Assembly: GCA_021325025.1 (NCBI GenBank)
Contig: JAJPHZ010000019.1
Coordinates: 72,862-136,861, forward strand
Reading direction: 5' to 3'
Length of the DNA: 64,000 nucleotides
Source: Pseudomonadota bacterium
GTDB taxonomy: Bacteria; Desulfobacterota; Binatia; Binatales; Binataceae
Shown here: positions 60,666-64,000 of the stretch, in pieces
How positions within the stretch are numbered: position 1 is the first letter of the stretch
How the letters are laid out: the number at the start of each line of letters is the position of its first letter
The notes under the pieces: generated by a model
Database searches by the model: none
Seen by the model: the letters and a program-made list of their open reading frames with translations, nothing else
What the model was told of the DNA's origin: nothing
Translations under genes and position numbers: made by a program

Positions 60666-60900
60666 TTTTGGGCCCTCTCTTCGTGGGGCGGGCGTCGCTG
60701 CCCGCCATTTCCGGGTCTGAAGCCGGGTCAAATATATCAAATCGCCACACCTGTCAGTAGCCGATATCGTTCAAAGCTTCGGTGCCCGATCGACCATGTC
60801 GTTTGCGGCCGCGCGCTCGGACGCCGTTTTGAGTTGGAAAAATAGCCCATAAATCCGTCGATTTTTCTGCGCAGATTGACTGCCGCCAGAGCGGCTTCTT

Positions 60901-61473
60901 ATGATCGACAGACCGGAAGGGAAGGGTTCATCCGTGCGCATGCTCGTTCCGCCACTGGCGCTTCGCAGGATTATCGACCAGGGTCTGAGTGCCTATTTCA
61001 GGACACATAAGGCGGCCGAATTCCGCCGCGCGCTGGGCGAATTCTGCCGCTTTTACGGCGTTAAGCGGCCCCGGATCGAGTGGTACGAGTATATCGACTG
61101 GGGAAAAACCGCCGGTAAAACCTACGAAAACGGTCGCATTCACCTGATTCATCCGGAGAATTGGAAGCGCGGTCGCATATATAAGACCGAACGGATGTGG
61201 ATCCAGACCTTTTACCACGAAATGGGCCACTTCCTGTTCTGGACCGACGCGGAGCGCAAGGCTGACGTCTTCACGCGCCGGATGGTGCGCGGCTTGCGGC
61301 GCACCATGGGGGCAACTTCACGCCGTGCACTGCCTGCGGTGTCGCGTCGCTTCGCCTCGCCCAGCGCCCGGCGCGCGGGTGGACGGCGCGCCGTAGCCGG
61401 CAAACGCTCGGCCTCGCGCAAGGTGCAGGCCAAGCTCGGTCGCCGCGCGCGGGCACGCTCGGCGCGGGGTTGA
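60901..61473 (+). CDS. hypothetical HExxH zinc-metallohydrolase-like protein with Arg-rich C-terminal tail (YgjP/DUF45-like fold suspected)
   Basis: RIHLIHPENW...WIQTFYHEMGHFLFWTDAE contains an HEMGH motif preceded by a basic segment. The C-terminal 60 aa are Arg/Ala/Ser-rich. Confidence 0.5.
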   Translation: MIDRPEGKGSSVRMLVPPLALRRIIDQGLSAYFRTHKAAEFRRALGEFCRFYGVKRPRIEWYEYIDWGKTAGKTYENGRIHLIHPENWKRGRIYKTERMWIQTFYHEMGHFLFWTDAERKADVFTRRMVRGLRRTMGATSRRALPAVSRRFASPSARRAGGRRAVAGKRSASRKVQAKLGRRARARSARG

Positions 61474-61485
61474 GTCACGATTTTT

Positions 61486-62034
61486 ATGGCAAACAAGCCT
61501 AACGTCGAGGACCGCTGGTGGGTTGAAACCACGGTCAAAAAGCCTAAGGCGGCGCGCAACGAGCCCGAGCTGCCCAAGCTGCCCATCGCGATGAGCTTCT
61601 ACAGCGTGGCCCGCGATTACGATCAGGACCGCGCCAAGGAGCATCTGACCGACAACAACCTCAACATCGCGCGCGAGGCCAATCCGCCGCAAGGTGGATG
61701 GGCCTACGTGGCGATGACCGAGGAGCATTATCCCAAGCATCTGATCAAACGGGTCAAGGACGAATTCCGCCTGCCGCGCGAAGCGCGCGGAATCGTAATC
61801 GACCACGGCCGTCTGGTTCGTTTGCTGATCTGCGGGCCGCAGCTCGAGGATTGGATGATCGACGTCTTCCTGGGCGAAGAGCCGTCGGTGGACGTATACG
61901 TGTGGGGTACGATGTATCGCGAGCGGCTGTTCAAGCGTGCTGAGGAGGCGATGCGCCAGGCGCGCCGATGGGCCATCAACCTGCTCCAGCATCCGCCCCA
62001 GCGCGACGACCCGTTCCGTGGCGCGATGCTGTAA
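61486..62034 (+). CDS. hypothetical protein, operon partner of the HExxH protein
   Basis: 182-aa ORF 12 nt downstream of the HExxH gene. Codon usage is consistent; no recognisable domain. Confidence 0.45.
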   Translation: MANKPNVEDRWWVETTVKKPKAARNEPELPKLPIAMSFYSVARDYDQDRAKEHLTDNNLNIAREANPPQGGWAYVAMTEEHYPKHLIKRVKDEFRLPREARGIVIDHGRLVRLLICGPQLEDWMIDVFLGEEPSVDVYVWGTMYRERLFKRAEEAMRQARRWAINLLQHPPQRDDPFRGAML

Positions 62035-62209
62035 AGCGGGGCGTTGAGAAAAGCGACCGTGTTTAACGTGATAACCGCTCGCAACGCCCTGCATCAAAGC
62101 GGCCGCTTTCCTTTACCTGCGATCTGCTTTTGTCGGTGCGCTGCGCGCATCCGTCCAAACGGTGGCGGAGCGCGGTCCTACTGATTTGGCCGCCCCTCGC
62201 AGCTCGTCT

Positions 62210-62665
62210 TTAGTCCGTGGCGCGGTTGCGCTGCGCCTGGGGATTGCCCGGTGGTGTCTTAATCTGGATGGTGCGCAGGTACAGGATGATTTTCCGGATG
62301 CGGTCCTGCATACTGCCCTGCTTTGAGCCCTGCGCGCTCCAGATGTCGTAAAAGCGCTCGCCCCATACCGGCATCTCGCGTGGGCCGTGCGCGGCGACAT
62401 ACTCACGGCCGTCGATAAACCGGGCCAGCTCCCGGATTCGCAGCGGGGTGCCGTACTTTTCGCCCAGCATCCTGAGGTCGGCCGGTTGCTGTTTGAGCGA
62501 CGACGCGATTGGGCCGCGGCCGTTGCCGTTCTCGCCGTGGCACGACGCGCAATAACGCAGGTAGTAGGCACGCCCCTGCACGACGTCCCTGGCGCCGGCC
62601 GCGGCCGCCGAAGCGGCGCCCAGCACAGTCGTCAGAACAAGGGCGGATTTGGTAAAAGTTGTCAC
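62210..62665 (-). CDS. class-I monoheme c-type cytochrome
   Basis: Signal peptide plus CASCHG haem-binding motif and a distal Met (REMPVW). Confidence 0.75.
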   Translation of the reverse strand: MTTFTKSALVLTTVLGAASAAAAGARDVVQGRAYYLRYCASCHGENGNGRGPIASSLKQQPADLRMLGEKYGTPLRIRELARFIDGREYVAAHGPREMPVWGERFYDIWSAQGSKQGSMQDRIRKIILYLRTIQIKTPPGNPQAQRNRATD

Positions 62666-62717
62666 GCGCTGGCGCGGCGCTCAGTGACCCCCGGCTTTGC
62701 CGCGTCGATTGGCCGCC

Positions 62718-63155
62718 TCAGGCTTTGGGCGGAAATTTCACCGTCGCGGTCGCGGTCACGAGCCGGTCGCCGTCTTCGTTTTCGATCCAGATATCCAGCT
62801 CGGCGGTGCGCTCGCCATGATCGACCTGGGTAACAAAGCCCTGCAGCGTCAGGTGATGCTCGGGCAGCACGGGGCTGCGGTAAGTGGTGCCGAGCCTGAC
62901 CAGCCGCCCGTTCATCGGCTGCGCCCAGTCGGTGACCAGCTTGCCGACCAGCGCGGCGCTCATGTTGCCCGGCGTGATCATGCCGGGCAGCCCTTCCTTG
63001 CGCGCCAATTCGTCGTCGGTAAAGCGCGGCACGCCCGCCAGCCCGGCGGCGTTGCAGTAGGCGCGCACACGGTCCTTGCTAAGGAACAGCGGCTCGGGCC
63101 CGATGTTGTCGCCAATCTGTACGTCTTCCAGCGAATGCATTGCCTTGCCGCTCAT
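62718..63155 (-). CDS. MaoC-like (R)-specific enoyl-CoA hydratase, hotdog fold
   Basis: MaoC-dehydratase-like sequence (GDNIGPEPLFLSKDRVRAY...PGMITPGNM). Adjacent to a second hotdog gene. Confidence 0.7.
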   Translation of the reverse strand: MSGKAMHSLEDVQIGDNIGPEPLFLSKDRVRAYCNAAGLAGVPRFTDDELARKEGLPGMITPGNMSAALVGKLVTDWAQPMNGRLVRLGTTYRSPVLPEHHLTLQGFVTQVDHGERTAELDIWIENEDGDRLVTATATVKFPPKA

Positions 63156-63601
63156 CTACAGCCGCCCCATGAAACGATGGTCGATATGGGCGACCACCTC
63201 GTTTTTCTGATTCTTGACCGTGGAACGCACCGTCACGAAGTACATTGCGCCGCTGCGCCCGGTCTTCTCGTAGATTTCCTTGACGTGGGAGACCAGGGTT
63301 ATCTGGTCGCCCGCCCGCACCGGGTTGATGAACTCGACGTCGCGCCCGGCGTCGAAGCCGCCCTTGCCGAAGCGCGGGATGTTCTGGAAGAAATGGCGCC
63401 CGTTGCGGAAGGTCAGCGCGAACAACGGCGGCGCGACCAACTCACCGTAGGGGCCCTTGCGCGCGGCCTCCTCGTCCGTATACCACGGATTGGTTTCGCC
63501 GACGGCGGCGCAGAAATCCTTGATCTCCTGAGCGGAGACCGCCACCGGATCGGTTTCCTCAAAAATCTTGCCGATGATTGCCGGATCGAAATCGAGTGCC
63601 A
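63156..63601 (-). CDS. MaoC N-terminal-like hotdog-fold protein (partner subunit)
   Basis: MALDFDPAIIGKIFEETDPVAVSAQEIKDFCAAVGETNPWYTDEEAA.. Its stop abuts the start of the downstream hotdog gene. Confidence 0.7.
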
Positions 63602-63667
63602 TATTTCTCCAGTCCGTCGCGCCGGCCTCCGTGCCGGTTCTTTTGGTTGGGGCGGGCCGACGCCGCT

Positions 63668-64000
63668 TCAAGCCGTCTGTTCGGGAATCGCACGCGGCAC
63701 CGCTTTGCGCGGCGCGCGGAAGTCCACCGGTTCGTAGCGCCCTGACTTGAGTTCGCGCACCAGCCCCTCGATGTCGCGGATGTCGGCTTCGAAGCGGGTG
63801 GCGCAAACACCTATCAAGCTGACCAGATGCGAATCGGAGCCGCCCGTGGCGCGGTAGCCGTACTTCGCCACCAACTCGGCGGTGCGCTCGTCCTCGCCGC
63901 GGCGCGAGCCGCCGTTGAGCAGCTCGACGGCGACCACGTTCTGCAGCGGCGGCCGGCTGGCGTAATGCTCGCACAGGCCGACGGTGGGACGTCCCGGATG
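63668..64000 (-). CDS. PHP-domain phosphoesterase, C-terminal part (5' end outside window)
   Basis: Frame open to the window edge, containing ...GGSDSHLVSLIGVCATRFE.., typical of the C-terminal PHP His-ligand region. Confidence 0.5.
   Translation of the reverse strand, partial: HPGRPTVGLCEHYASRPPLQNVVAVELLNGGSRRGEDERTAELVAKYGYRATGGSDSHLVSLIGVCATRFEADIRDIEGLVRELKSGRYEPVDFRAPRKAVPRAIPEQTA

Noticed and set aside
60067-60750. 227-aa minus-strand ORF spanning the ispG 5' end and the AhpD-like gene
   Set aside because: It is in a different frame from both recognisable proteins (IspG, AhpD-like CxxC..H) and has a low-complexity Arg-rich translation.

Overview
This is a high-GC (about 65-68%) Gram-negative chromosomal segment, densely coding on both strands, with a roughly 4.4 kb lower-GC stretch between about 15.9 and 20.3 kb. 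I found no tRNA, rRNA, CRISPR array, IS element or integrase by eye; the search was manual, not exhaustive. Recognisable content, in order:
- Two tandem amidohydrolase-2 genes, the first truncated at the window edge, with a divergent SMP-30/gluconolactonase gene.
- A complete MoxR-DUF58-BatA-BatB (vWA) operon on the minus strand, preceded by a Gly/Gln-rich membrane protein and ruvX-mltG.
- An M23 peptidase and a glycerophosphodiester phosphodiesterase.
- The lower-GC stretch, holding ppa, a metallophosphoesterase, a frameshifted archaeal-type DUF211 gene translationally coupled to a membrane protein, and a DnaQ-fold protein whose catalytic residues appear mutated, overlapped by a small ORF.
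- A minus-strand cluster of a deoxyhypusine-synthase-like gene, a tri-domain AMP-binding/ACP/PlsC acyltransferase (Aas-like) and an MFS transporter.
- pgpA, cinA and an OMP-decarboxylase-like gene with altered active-site motifs.
- A hyuB / D-aminoacylase / hyuA operon with a divergent MarR gene and palindromic candidate operators.
- tag and def-fmt.
- mntP.
- A clear cobalamin riboswitch in front of a BtuB-like TonB-dependent receptor.
- A group-3b-like [NiFe]-hydrogenase cluster (hydB, a cNMP-binding domain protein, hydG, small and large subunits, maturation protease).
- A CusCBA-type heavy-metal RND efflux operon preceded by a small Cys-rich secreted ORF.
- A third amidohydrolase-2, a Tat-signal aldo/keto reductase, leuCD, ispG, an AhpD-like protein, an HExxH protein with a partner of unknown function, a cytochrome c, a pair of MaoC hotdog proteins and a truncated PHP-domain gene.

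I did not find one outstanding novel multi-gene system. The best candidates for follow-up are the low-GC DUF211/pseudo-exonuclease island, the self-contained AMP-ACP-PlsC acyltransferase module, the degenerate OMP-decarboxylase paralogue, and the cNMP-sensor gene embedded in the hydrogenase operon.
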